A stretch of 20,000 nucleotides of DNA from an uncultured virus (IMG/VR IMGVR_UViG_3300030106_006393) (taxonomy: Duplodnaviria; Heunggongvirae; Uroviricota; Caudoviricetes). The position numbers and the translations under genes were made by a program. Of this stretch, positions 1 through 9,030 are shown piece after piece. The stretch lies in the IMG/VR virus record IMGVR_UViG_3300030106_006393, positions 51,448 through 71,447 of that record, one strand, 5' to 3'. How positions within the stretch are numbered: position 1 is the first letter of the stretch; every line of letters starts with the position of its first letter. The notes under the pieces were generated by a model. That model did no database searches. It had not been told where the DNA came from and saw nothing but the letters and a program-made list of their open reading frames with translations.

Positions 1-1
1 A

Positions 2-907
2 GCAGATGAAAACTTTCAACAAGGAAGCGTCGCAGTGATGATGGTTGTAGACGTCTCTGGTTCAATGCAGGATGATGAGTTGTTCGCTGCCTTCAACGCA
101 ACAAGGGACACTGTCTCGGTCTTACACGCTCAGGGCGTACAGGATGTTTGCTATATGTTGGCAGTAGTTGGAAATGACGAAATGGAAGATCCATATCTGC
201 AAGCTTATGCGGATAACTGCGTCCCCGGCGTTGAAGACCCTCCTATCGTTCCAGTCGAGGATATGAGAGGAGCAGTTGTAGCCCTTCAGGGTCAGATTGC
301 TGGCAACCTAATCAACCAAGGTGGTGCTACTGAAAACACGTACGATGCAATAGGTAAGTTTTTTACAGATGATCTGCTCGATTGGGACAACGATGGCTTT
401 CCAGATGAAGTTGAGTGGGCGACTAACCGCCCTGGACTTAATCCTGTTCACACAACAGATTTGAGCCGATATACTCACAGAATAGTTGTTGTTCTAGGTG
501 ACGAGCGAGGTCAAGGTGTTTTGTATGATGAACATACTGCAGCAATGGCAATGGCACGCTCTGGAGGAATGGTTTTTATAATCGGCCCAGCACACTTGGA
601 AGCAAGCTACTCTCAGTTGATGGACAATGGAGCCGTTCGCAGAGAAATGGGGAGAGGTCTTGGTAGAAATGATAACGTAGAAAACATAACCGAAGCGATA
701 GTAGAGGCTATCGAAGAGGCTGCTTGTATCAACAGGAGAGTTGGGCAACCCGCTCCGGACGGTGGCGTAGATGACGGAGGTGTGACCGATGCAGGCCTCG
801 ATGGTGGTTTGGCTAGAAATCTAATACCTCTTGTTCCAAATTACAAGGAGACATCCGCAACTTATCGAACCGACAAGATGTGGTCAGTTTACAGGATGTG
901 TTTCTAA
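2..907 (+). CDS. vWA (MIDAS) domain protein, 5'-truncated by window edge; probable paralog of next gene
   Basis: Frame is open from position 2 (ADENFQQGSVAVMMVVDVSGSM). DxSxS MIDAS motif (DVSGS), GGATENTYDAI and IVVVLGDE vWA motifs, DWDNDGFPD Ca-loop-like motif, PDGG/DAG low-complexity tail. TAA 905-907 overlaps the next ATG. Confidence 0.8.
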   Translation, partial: ADENFQQGSVAVMMVVDVSGSMQDDELFAAFNATRDTVSVLHAQGVQDVCYMLAVVGNDEMEDPYLQAYADNCVPGVEDPPIVPVEDMRGAVVALQGQIAGNLINQGGATENTYDAIGKFFTDDLLDWDNDGFPDEVEWATNRPGLNPVHTTDLSRYTHRIVVVLGDERGQGVLYDEHTAAMAMARSGGMVFIIGPAHLEASYSQLMDNGAVRREMGRGLGRNDNVENITEAIVEAIEEAACINRRVGQPAPDGGVDDGGVTDAGLDGGLARNLIPLVPNYKETSATYRTDKMWSVYRMCF

Positions 908-2031
908 TGAAAAGGATTTTCGTTCTGATCTTAGCTATCGGTTGTACGGACGACAGTCCCCCATCGATGCCGACAGATGTGAAGCTTGTGTACAGGGATG
1001 CGTCACAACCCGTTGTGGACGCACTCATCATACCAGCCGACGCTGCACCTGTTGTGGATGCTGCTCCTGACGCTTCGCAGAGACCTCCTTTCGAGTGTCC
1101 CTTGAGTGATACGGTTGATCGGTTGGGATCTGAACTTTGCGAGAGAGATGATGATACTGTCGGACAAAGGGCAATTTGGTGCGACAAGGGATATATACGT
1201 TTAGGTCCGTGCGATCCATGCGAAGTAGAAACTTGCGACAACGAAGACAACGACTGTGACGGCCGTATCGATGAAGGAGAATTCTCTTGCAATACTGCCT
1301 GTGGCCCCGGCAGCGGCATCTGTATAGATGGATCGGTCGAAGGGTGCGATGCTCCTGAGGTCATCAACACTGACGTGCTCTTCATAGTTGATTGGTCAAG
1401 TTCAATGGGGGCTCGTATAGATGCGACTCTTGATGCGCTGGGAAGATTTTCAAGAGAATTTCAAACAAGCGAACAAGTCAAGTGGGGCTTAATTGTGGGG
1501 CCAATAAGAACTCCAAGAGAAGACAATCCAGAAATAAGTCAAGAGACCTTGATTCTTATATCAAACATATCTACATTTGATGACTTTCTTGTTCGCTTTG
1601 TTGCATCCCCTCGTGTTCACACTGGAGGCAAGGAGATGCTTTTGGATGCCGTATACATCGCATTGAGAAATGTTAGTGGGAATCTTGCAAACAACTTAGA
1701 AGAATCCAGATGGACTCAGGGCGCCGCATCTGTGCCTCCTTTGGGAGAGTTTATCATCAACTGGAGACCTGGGGCAGATAAAATTATGGTTGTGTTTTCT
1801 GACGAAGTCGAAAGAACTTACATGGACCCGCCAAACACGATCTACAGGGTTGATGACGCCCTTGCGGCATCTCCAAACTTAAAGCTATATACTTTTGCGG
1901 GTGGATTTTACGGTTGGGATGAACTCGCCGCACGTACCGGTGGAGCAAACTTCGCACTAACAGCAGAAGCAGATGAGATGTACGAGAGTCTAATGACGAT
2001 CTTAAGCGACGTCTGTAGGCCACGGCAGTGA
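907..2031 (+). CDS. Lipoprotein with Cys-rich putative metal-binding (MopE-like) motif and C-terminal vWA domain
   Basis: Likely start ATG 907 (TAATG overlap). MKRIFVLILAIG-C signal peptide/lipobox, PADAAPVVDAAPDAS linker, ETCDNEDNDCDGRIDEG motif, VLFIVDWSSSM MIDAS, IMVVFSDE. Confidence 0.85.
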   Translation: MKRIFVLILAIGCTDDSPPSMPTDVKLVYRDASQPVVDALIIPADAAPVVDAAPDASQRPPFECPLSDTVDRLGSELCERDDDTVGQRAIWCDKGYIRLGPCDPCEVETCDNEDNDCDGRIDEGEFSCNTACGPGSGICIDGSVEGCDAPEVINTDVLFIVDWSSSMGARIDATLDALGRFSREFQTSEQVKWGLIVGPIRTPREDNPEISQETLILISNISTFDDFLVRFVASPRVHTGGKEMLLDAVYIALRNVSGNLANNLEESRWTQGAASVPPLGEFIINWRPGADKIMVVFSDEVERTYMDPPNTIYRVDDALAASPNLKLYTFAGGFYGWDELAARTGGANFALTAEADEMYESLMTILSDVCRPRQ

Positions 2032-2034
2032 AAC

Positions 2035-2820
2035 ATGGAATACAAAAACATCGTCATAGGCTCCAGCCTACCAGCGCTACTGTTTGCCTATTATAACGAA
2101 TATCCGATTATAATTAACTCGCTACGCAGGCCATTCAGGTTCGACAGTTTATCAATGGATGTTCAGTTTCATGACGAGGTGATAAGAAGTAAGAGCTACC
2201 TGTGGTCTGCCGTTGCATGGAGGCTGTCCATGGAAGGCCTCGCACCCTTCGGTCCATCCGCCAAGTCAGTAAGAATAAAGGACGATGTAATATCTAATGT
2301 TGTCGAAGGTGGAACCAACATAAAGATCAGCTTTGAGAAGTGCTATGTCTTTGATGATGACAATCTGACTGTAGAAAACGAGATACTACAAGAGGCAAGT
2401 GGGGATGTTCGGGTGTTCGATTGGATGAACGTACGCAGAGGAACCACTCATGGTATAGACTATTTGGGATCGGAAGATGACTTTGTAAGGCATATATATT
2501 TTTACAAGTCCGAAAGAATAGATGGCAACCACAACAAGAAAGATCTGGTTGCGGTATCTTTTCTAAAGGAGGAGGATATCCAAGATTTTGAATACTCTGA
2601 GACCATGGCTCGATTTAAGATACAGAAAGAGATGTCATCTCACGGGATCATCGGAGCAAAGAGTGGCCTGACTCATGATGGAAAACAAAGAAAGTACAAC
2701 GTAAAGGTTGAGCCTGATTATAGATATGTCGAACCACTAGGAAGGAGAGTATACCAGAACTCGGAAAGAGTAGAGTTCATCAACTTGACAGCCGAGGAAG
2801 TGGTGATGGACTATGCTTGA
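2035..2820 (+). CDS. Hypothetical protein with degenerate N-terminal Rossmann (FAD/NAD-binding-like) motif
   Basis: 261-aa ORF. KNIVIGSSLPALLFAY resembles a beta1-GxGxxG-alphaA dinucleotide-binding start but keeps only the first Gly. Confidence 0.55.
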   Translation: MEYKNIVIGSSLPALLFAYYNEYPIIINSLRRPFRFDSLSMDVQFHDEVIRSKSYLWSAVAWRLSMEGLAPFGPSAKSVRIKDDVISNVVEGGTNIKISFEKCYVFDDDNLTVENEILQEASGDVRVFDWMNVRRGTTHGIDYLGSEDDFVRHIYFYKSERIDGNHNKKDLVAVSFLKEEDIQDFEYSETMARFKIQKEMSSHGIIGAKSGLTHDGKQRKYNVKVEPDYRYVEPLGRRVYQNSERVEFINLTAEEVVMDYA

Positions 2821-3685
2821 AGAGGGTAGCGGAAATGTGCAAGCTTTTCATCTCGCAGGTGTCGTTCCTGTAGCTGGTCCTGATTTAGGCTTTGGGTTTC
2901 CTTGGCATGACAGTATGCAACCTATCGCTGAAAATTACCTTGCAGTAGAGAGGTCTGTTGTAGAGTGCGCCTACGCAGGATGCGAGACAATATGGGTGGT
3001 CTGCAATGACGACATGCAACCTCTCTTGAAGCATAGGATGGGTGACTACATAGAGGACCCCTACTATCTAGACAAGGCTCAGTTTGTAAAATATCCGAGT
3101 GCTGCACGAAGACAGATACCTATATTTTATACACCTATTCACCCAAAGGATCGAGACAGAAGGGATAGTCTTGGGTGGTCCGCTCTTCACGGTGCTCTTA
3201 CAGCATTTATCATGAGCGATAAGATAAGCAAGTGGCTCATACCCAGCAGATATTATGTTAGCTTTCCTTACGGGGTTTATCAGCCGTGGAGTATTTATAA
3301 GCACAGAAAGAGAATCTCTCACAAGAATCCGTTCTTTCTCTCTATCGATGGAAAGACGATAAGGGACGGAGAGTATTTGGGATTTACGTTTGATGCAGAA
3401 GAGTACAAACAATATGTGGCGGATGTTAAACAAAGCTGCACAGGCGGAAGCAAAAGTATTTCAGCCAAGGAAAGATGGTCTTCTCGGTTTTTTGGACTTG
3501 ACAAAATCTTTGGTTCTGCTATAATAAACAAAGATCAAACGTTGGAAGTTCCCTGGTATTACCGAATTGATTCGTGGGACGGACTACACAACTATCTGGC
3601 TTCAGAGGAAAGCAAACAAATAAAAAGACCCAGCGACACATTATTTAAGAAGTCGCTGTACAACAAGATTGGAGAACAAGAATGA
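2813..3685 (+). CDS. Divergent sugar-phosphate nucleotidyltransferase-like (GT-A fold) protein
   Basis: LAGVVPVAG...SMQPIAENYLAVERSVVECAYAGCETIWVVCN follows the NTP_transferase N-terminal pattern, but GxGTR and the PK lysine are missing. Confidence 0.6.
   Translation: MLEEGSGNVQAFHLAGVVPVAGPDLGFGFPWHDSMQPIAENYLAVERSVVECAYAGCETIWVVCNDDMQPLLKHRMGDYIEDPYYLDKAQFVKYPSAARRQIPIFYTPIHPKDRDRRDSLGWSALHGALTAFIMSDKISKWLIPSRYYVSFPYGVYQPWSIYKHRKRISHKNPFFLSIDGKTIRDGEYLGFTFDAEEYKQYVADVKQSCTGGSKSISAKERWSSRFFGLDKIFGSAIINKDQTLEVPWYYRIDSWDGLHNYLASEESKQIKRPSDTLFKKSLYNKIGEQE
3498..3525 (+). promoter_or_regulatory. Sigma70-type promoter internal to the nucleotidyltransferase-like gene, upstream of dnaE
   Basis: TTGACA (3498-3503), 16 nt, TATAAT (3520-3525), with extended -10 TGc. 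Confidence 0.75.
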
Positions 3686-3891
3686 AAAAAAACGCACACT
3701 TTAGGGGGTACAACGATGTGCCATGGTATCTAAAAGAGGCCATCGGCTGGCCAGATCATTATGATAATTTGTCGACAGAGCAGCAAGCTTTTGTCTACCA
3801 GATGTGTGTAGAGATTGCATCACCTCCCCAGCTTCGAGAAAACTTGCAAGAAATCCGGGATGATTTGGAGGAGATCATTGAAGACCTCTAG
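3682..3891 (+). CDS. Small hypothetical protein
   Basis: 69-aa ORF, ATGA overlap with previous gene, GGAG SD upstream, overlaps the dnaE start. Confidence 0.65.
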   Translation: MKKNAHFRGYNDVPWYLKEAIGWPDHYDNLSTEQQAFVYQMCVEIASPPQLRENLQEIRDDLEEIIEDL

Positions 3892-6800
3892 AGTTAAGTC
3901 AACCATTCCTTTCGTTGGTTTGCATGCCCACTCCGTTGCGGGAAGTATCTTTGATGCCCTGGGATATCCGCAGGAGCATATGGACTTTGCCTATCAGAAC
4001 GGCATGGACGCACTAGCGCTAACTGATCATGGGAACGCCAACGGTCTGGCATATCAAGTTTTGCATGCTAAAAAGATGCAGGCTGAAAACAAAAACTTTA
4101 AGCCTATCTTTGGCGTTGAGGCATACTTTCTGCCCTCTGTTGCAAACTGGAGAACTGAGTATGAGAAGGCGCTAAAGGACAAGAAGAAAAAGGTCGACGA
4201 CACTCAGTCAGGAACCACCGTCGAGAATGAAGAATCAAAGAAGTTGATGAAAAACATTCTCAACCGTAGACGTCATCTGATTCTTTTGGCACAGAACCAA
4301 AAGGGTCTAAAGAACATCTTTAAGTTGATCTCATCAAGTTATGACAAAGAGCATTTTTATAGGTATCCCCGCGTCGACTATGCCTTGCTCAAGAAGCACA
4401 ATGAAGGCGTCATCGCTGCGTCTGCCTGCTTGGGCGGAGTGTATGCTGGCTGCTATTGGGAGAATCGCGACAAAGGTGAAGATCAAATCCTCACAGCGTT
4501 TCGTAACACAACGCAAAAGATGCAGTCCATCTTTGGAGACAGGTGGTATGGAGAGTTGCAGTGGAATAATGTACCAGAACAGCATGAGCTAAACAGATAT
4601 ATTATCCAGATGCATCACGAGTTTGGTCTTCCGCTGATTTCAACTGCAGATAGCCACTATCCAGACAAGGAGGCCTGGAAAGACAGAGAGCTTTACAAGC
4701 GCCTAGGCTGGCTTGGCAAGCGTCCTGAGTGGATGTCTGCTGAGTTGCCAATCGACGTCGAAGAGATTGGGTATGAACTTTATCCGAAGAATGGCGATCA
4801 GATGTGGGAGTCTTACAAGAAGTATTCAAAAGAGTGTCAGTGCGAATATGATGACAACATCGTAAAGAATTCAATTACAGAAACCCACAGGATCGCACAT
4901 GAAAGGATCGAGACATTCTTTCCAGACAACACGGTGCGTCTGCCAGACTTTGTCGTGCCTCAGGATACGACACCAGGCGAGGCTTTGCAGAAGTTGACTG
5001 CTGAAGGTTTGAGAAACTTGGGCCTATCTGATGACAAAGATTACCTAGACCGCGCAGCTCTAGAGATCGAAGTCATTGACTCTAGAGGGTTCAGTAAATA
5101 CTTTCTAACTATGAAGGCTATCGCAGATAGGGCCAAGGAGACCCAATTAGTGGGCGCTGGAAGGGGCTCTGCAGCCGGTTCTCTGGTCGCCTATGCCCTA
5201 GGTATCACCCAAGTTGACCCTTTAAAGTATGGTTTACAGTTTGAGAGGTTTCTGACAAAGGGTGGCTCTGGATATCCAGATATTGACTTTGATACAGCAG
5301 AACCCATGAAACTAAAGGAGGAACTGGTTGAGGAATGGGGCGAGAACACAGTGGTTCCGATCTCTAATTGGAACACGCTACAGCTCAGGTCCCTCATCAA
5401 AGATATTTCAAAGTTTTACGATGTGCCTTTTACAGAGGTAAACACCGTCACCAGCAAGATGATCTACGAGGCTACTCCACTAGCCAAAAAGAAGCATGGG
5501 ATCACGGCAGGTGTTTACAATCCCACATTCGAAGAGGTAATGGAATTTTCGGATTCGCTAAAAAAATTCCTCAGTAAATATCCTCATATTAAGACTCACG
5601 TCGAGGCTCTATATGGACAGGTAAGATCTTGCTCAAGGCATGCCGGTGGCGTGGTTGTTGGCGAGAATCTAAACGAGTGGATGCCAATCATTGCATCTGG
5701 TGGTGTGCGCCAGACTCCATGGAGCGAAGGCATGAACGTCCGCCAACTGGAGCCTATGGGCTTTATCAAGTTTGATTTATTGGGTCTCGCCTCTTTGCGC
5801 ATGATCGAGGGTGCAATCAGGCATATTCTAAAGAGGCATAAGAATGTTCCTGAACCTACGTTCGATCAGGTAAGAGAGTTTTACAACGAAAAGCTCCACC
5901 CGGATAGGATTGATCTTGGTGATCAGAACGTTTGGAAAAACATCTTTCAAGATGGTAAGTGGGCCGGCATCTTTCAGTTTACAGAGGACGGAGCACAGAA
6001 GTTTTGCAAGAGAGTTAAGCCAAGCAATCTAATTGAGCTGTCAGCTATAACTAGTATTTATAGACCAGGCCCATTATCGGCCAATGTTGACAAGAAGTTT
6101 GTGTCGGCTAAGAACAATCCAAATGATGTGGAATATGTTAACGACTTTGCCCGCAATGTTACAGAGGAAACCTTCGGCTTCCTTATCTTTCAGGAGCAGA
6201 TCGCTATGTTGGCTCACAAGCTCGGCAAAGACCTGTCTCTTGACGAGGGCAACAAACTTAGAAAGCTTCTAACAAAGAAGGGCACAGGAGAGGTTCAAGA
6301 GCAGAAGGATAAGATCTTCTCAAAGTTTCTTGATGGTTGCCTGGAGAAAGGAATGAGAAAACATGAAGCAAGAGAACTATGGGAGACCTTTGAATACTTT
6401 TCCGGCTACGGCTTTAACAAGTCGCACGCTGTTTCTTACTGTATGCTGTCGTTTCAGTGTGCTTGGCTGCTCAACTATTATCCAGCAGAGTGGACCGCAG
6501 CTTTCTTGGACAAGGAGCCCGAGACGCGCAAAGAAAAGGCGATCAACATTTCAAAGTCTCTCGGATTTGAAATCGCACCATTGAACGTGAACACTTCTGG
6601 AATGGTGTGGGAGATCTCGCCAGACGGTAAGACGCTTATCCAGCCCTTGTCGTCAGTCAAGGGTCTTGGAGAGAAGGCGATCGAGCAGATCCTAAACAAT
6701 CGTCCGTTCAATACGGTAGAGGAGTTTTTGTTCAACGAGAACATTGTATATTCAAAACTGAACAAGAAGGCTCTCGATGTCCTTTGTCGATCTGGTGCGA

Positions 6801-7306
6801 TGGATGATCTAGTTGACGATAGGTTCACCGGAGCAAAGCACTTCTGGAGTTCTGTTGCAGTGGACAGGCCCAGAAAGGAAAAGAATCTATTAGAAAACAT
6901 AGACAAGTACGCTCCAGAGGGGGACTTTACAGAAGAAGAGAATATCCAGTATCAGATTGATCTGACCGGGGTCTTCCCTTTTGACTTGGTAATGGGCGAA
7001 CACATCAGAGAGTCTCTAGACAAGTACATGGTACCTCCTATCAGCGAATATGATGCAGAGTTGGGAGGCGTCGTGTGGTGTATTCCGAGAGAGGTCATCA
7101 AGAAGAAGACCAAGAACGGCAAGGATTACTATATCGTCAGGGTTATTGATGATAACAACGAAACGAACACCATCCGATGCTGGGGCGTGAGACCGGATAA
7201 GGATATAGTAAGAGTAAATCGGCCCTATATGATGAAATTAGACTGGAATCCTCAATGGGGTTTCAGCACGAGAAGATTGAGTGCAACTTTTAGAATGTTA
7301 GGATAG
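3878..7306 (+). CDS. dnaE: DNA polymerase III alpha subunit (family C)
   Basis: PHP domain (LHAHS, LTDHG, GVEAY, SACLGG, TADSHY), GRGSAAGSLVAYALGIT, catalytic PDIDFD, SRHAGG, KFDLLGL, GYGFNKSHA, C-terminal OB-like region. Probable start TTG 3878 after GGAGGAG (track start 3815). Confidence 0.97.
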   Translation: MKTSRVKSTIPFVGLHAHSVAGSIFDALGYPQEHMDFAYQNGMDALALTDHGNANGLAYQVLHAKKMQAENKNFKPIFGVEAYFLPSVANWRTEYEKALKDKKKKVDDTQSGTTVENEESKKLMKNILNRRRHLILLAQNQKGLKNIFKLISSSYDKEHFYRYPRVDYALLKKHNEGVIAASACLGGVYAGCYWENRDKGEDQILTAFRNTTQKMQSIFGDRWYGELQWNNVPEQHELNRYIIQMHHEFGLPLISTADSHYPDKEAWKDRELYKRLGWLGKRPEWMSAELPIDVEEIGYELYPKNGDQMWESYKKYSKECQCEYDDNIVKNSITETHRIAHERIETFFPDNTVRLPDFVVPQDTTPGEALQKLTAEGLRNLGLSDDKDYLDRAALEIEVIDSRGFSKYFLTMKAIADRAKETQLVGAGRGSAAGSLVAYALGITQVDPLKYGLQFERFLTKGGSGYPDIDFDTAEPMKLKEELVEEWGENTVVPISNWNTLQLRSLIKDISKFYDVPFTEVNTVTSKMIYEATPLAKKKHGITAGVYNPTFEEVMEFSDSLKKFLSKYPHIKTHVEALYGQVRSCSRHAGGVVVGENLNEWMPIIASGGVRQTPWSEGMNVRQLEPMGFIKFDLLGLASLRMIEGAIRHILKRHKNVPEPTFDQVREFYNEKLHPDRIDLGDQNVWKNIFQDGKWAGIFQFTEDGAQKFCKRVKPSNLIELSAITSIYRPGPLSANVDKKFVSAKNNPNDVEYVNDFARNVTEETFGFLIFQEQIAMLAHKLGKDLSLDEGNKLRKLLTKKGTGEVQEQKDKIFSKFLDGCLEKGMRKHEARELWETFEYFSGYGFNKSHAVSYCMLSFQCAWLLNYYPAEWTAAFLDKEPETRKEKAINISKSLGFEIAPLNVNTSGMVWEISPDGKTLIQPLSSVKGLGEKAIEQILNNRPFNTVEEFLFNENIVYSKLNKKALDVLCRSGAMDDLVDDRFTGAKHFWSSVAVDRPRKEKNLLENIDKYAPEGDFTEEENIQYQIDLTGVFPFDLVMGEHIRESLDKYMVPPISEYDAELGGVVWCIPREVIKKKTKNGKDYYIVRVIDDNNETNTIRCWGVRPDKDIVRVNRPYMMKLDWNPQWGFSTRRLSATFRMLG

Positions 7307-7314
7307 GAGTTATT

Positions 7315-7764
7315 ATGAAAGTTAATGTTTACAAAGTTAGAGAGAACGCAAAGCTGCCCGTCAGGGCGCACCCAACAGACGCAGGAATGGACCTGTTCTT
7401 CTGCCCAGAGGCTGATGAGCCCGTTACGGTTCGTGGCTCTCGCACATGCCTGCTGCAAACAGGGTTGAAGATTGAAGTACCAGAAGGCTACATGCTTGAG
7501 GTAAAGAACAAGTCAGGCATTGCTTCAAAGAAGCAGCTCGTAACTGGTGCCTGTGTTGTCGACTCAGGATACGACGGAGAGATCTTTGTCAACCTTCACA
7601 ACATCGGAGAGCGAGCACAAGTGGTCCAGCCGGGGCAAAAGATCGCTCAAGGGGTCTTTGTGAAGGTTGAGCAGCCACTGCTTGTGGAGATTGAAGAAGA
7701 CAACATTTATGGTGGAACCACGAAGCGAGGCTCTGGTGCTCTCGGATCCACTGGTGATTTCTAG
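7315..7764 (+). CDS. dut: Trimeric dUTPase
   Basis: AGMDL, KSG, GACVVDSGYDGEI, IAQ and RGSGALGSTG motifs; AGGAG SD. Confidence 0.97.
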   Translation: MKVNVYKVRENAKLPVRAHPTDAGMDLFFCPEADEPVTVRGSRTCLLQTGLKIEVPEGYMLEVKNKSGIASKKQLVTGACVVDSGYDGEIFVNLHNIGERAQVVQPGQKIAQGVFVKVEQPLLVEIEEDNIYGGTTKRGSGALGSTGDF

Positions 7765-8048
7765 TGGCTTCTGCAACCAGAAAACTACAGAGAAAAAAAC
7801 ACAAGGAAGCTAAAAAGGACATGGCCGAGAAGCTTGGTCTGTTTCATAGAGTGCCAGATATTTGTACTATGTGCGAAAAACCATTTGACAAAAAGGACAA
7901 AAGTCAGGTACAATCATGGAGAGTGGTAGTAAGAGAGAAGGAGAAGAGAGTTAATCTTTATTGTCCGACTTGCTGGGATCACGCTAACGAACTCTTGGGT
8001 TCGATAATGGAAAAACTAGAAGGAGACAAGAATGAAGGAGACACTTAG
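7764..8048 (+). CDS. Small zinc-finger protein (CxxC...CxxC)
   Basis: CTMC and CPTC pairs, basic N-terminus, GTG start overlapping the dut stop. Confidence 0.7.
   Translation: MASATRKLQRKKHKEAKKDMAEKLGLFHRVPDICTMCEKPFDKKDKSQVQSWRVVVREKEKRVNLYCPTCWDHANELLGSIMEKLEGDKNEGDT
7885..7914 (+). promoter_or_regulatory. Possible internal sigma70 promoter upstream of the IMPDH/GMPR gene
   Basis: TTGACA (7885-7890), 18 nt, TACAAT (7909-7914). Confidence 0.35.
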
Positions 8049-9030
8049 CTTTGAAGATGTGCTCTTGGTACCGCAAAAGAGTGACATAGTAAGCAGGTCA
8101 GAAGTTAATCTGACATCAACAATGGGAAACCACAGTTTTGAGCTGCCGATAATCGCTAGTCCTATGGACACGGTTACCGAAACGGTCATGGCTTCAACCA
8201 TGAAGGAGCTTGGAGCGCTCGGGATCATCCACAGGTACGCATCGATTGAAGAGCAGTGCGAAATGGTAAGCCCCACGGTTGTGGCTGCAGCAGTAGGAGT
8301 TTCAGGAGACTTTAAAGAGCGTGTCGCCTCTCTCAAAGAAGTTGGTCTAGAGATTGTCTGTTTAGATGTTGCTCACGGCCACCATTCAATGATGGAAGCT
8401 GCGCTAAAGCACCTTAGAGATACGTATGGCAACGATTTAACAATCATAGCGGGTAACGTAGCGACTCCAGAGGGGTATAGGGATCTTTCTGAGTGGGGTG
8501 CTGACGCAGTCAGGATCGGCATCGGGGGCGGCTCTATCTGTTCGACAAGGATTCAGACGGGACATGGAGTTCCCACCTTTCAGTCTGTTTTGGACTGCAA
8601 GTATGTCGACGCGGATGCCAAGATTATAGCTGATGGCGGCATAAAGACAGCAGGAGACATGGTTAAGGCCATAGCTGCAGGTGCAGACTTTGTAATGCTT
8701 GGCTCGATGCTCGCAGGAACGGATGAATCACCGGGGCAAGTCTTTGTCTCTGGAGACGACAAGAAGTATAAGGTATACAGAGGGATGGCTAGCGTTGAAG
8801 CGCAGGTCGACTGGAGAGGTGAAGCAAGATCTTTGGAGGGTGTATCGACTACGATTCCGCATAAGGGCTCAGTTACGAGCGTGATGTCTGGTCTAAAGCA
8901 GAATATAAGAAGCGGACTGTCTTATTCTGGTGCACGCACCATAGAAGAATTCCAAGCGAAAGCTAGATTCATCAGGCAAACTAGCGCAAGCATGGTGGAG
9001 AGCGGGACACACATACTAAATGGAAGATAA
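8032..9030 (+). CDS. IMP dehydrogenase / GMP reductase family enzyme lacking CBS domains (GMP-reductase-like flap)
   Basis: [29 protein letters not shown], catalytic loop [31 protein letters not shown]. Confidence 0.93.
   Translation: MKETLSFEDVLLVPQKSDIVSRSEVNLTSTMGNHSFELPIIASPMDTVTETVMASTMKELGALGIIHRYASIEEQCEMVSPTVVAAAVGVSGDFKERVASLKEVGLEIVCLDVAHGHHSMMEAALKHLRDTYGNDLTIIAGNVATPEGYRDLSEWGADAVRIGIGGGSICSTRIQTGHGVPTFQSVLDCKYVDADAKIIADGGIKTAGDMVKAIAAGADFVMLGSMLAGTDESPGQVFVSGDDKKYKVYRGMASVEAQVDWRGEARSLEGVSTTIPHKGSVTSVMSGLKQNIRSGLSYSGARTIEEFQAKARFIRQTSASMVESGTHILNGR

Noticed and set aside
2785..2817. TTGACA...TATGCT promoter at the start of the nucleotidyltransferase-like gene
   Set aside because: Spacer is 21 nt, too long for sigma70.
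3815..3877. Track-proposed upstream starts (3815, 880, 14910, 15976)
   Set aside because: Downstream starts have SD sequences, stop/start overlaps or signal peptides and avoid long overlaps with neighbours.
3878..7306. Intein or intron in dnaE
   Set aside because: Length is normal for DnaE, motifs are contiguous, and I saw no intein splice-junction or LAGLIDADG block.
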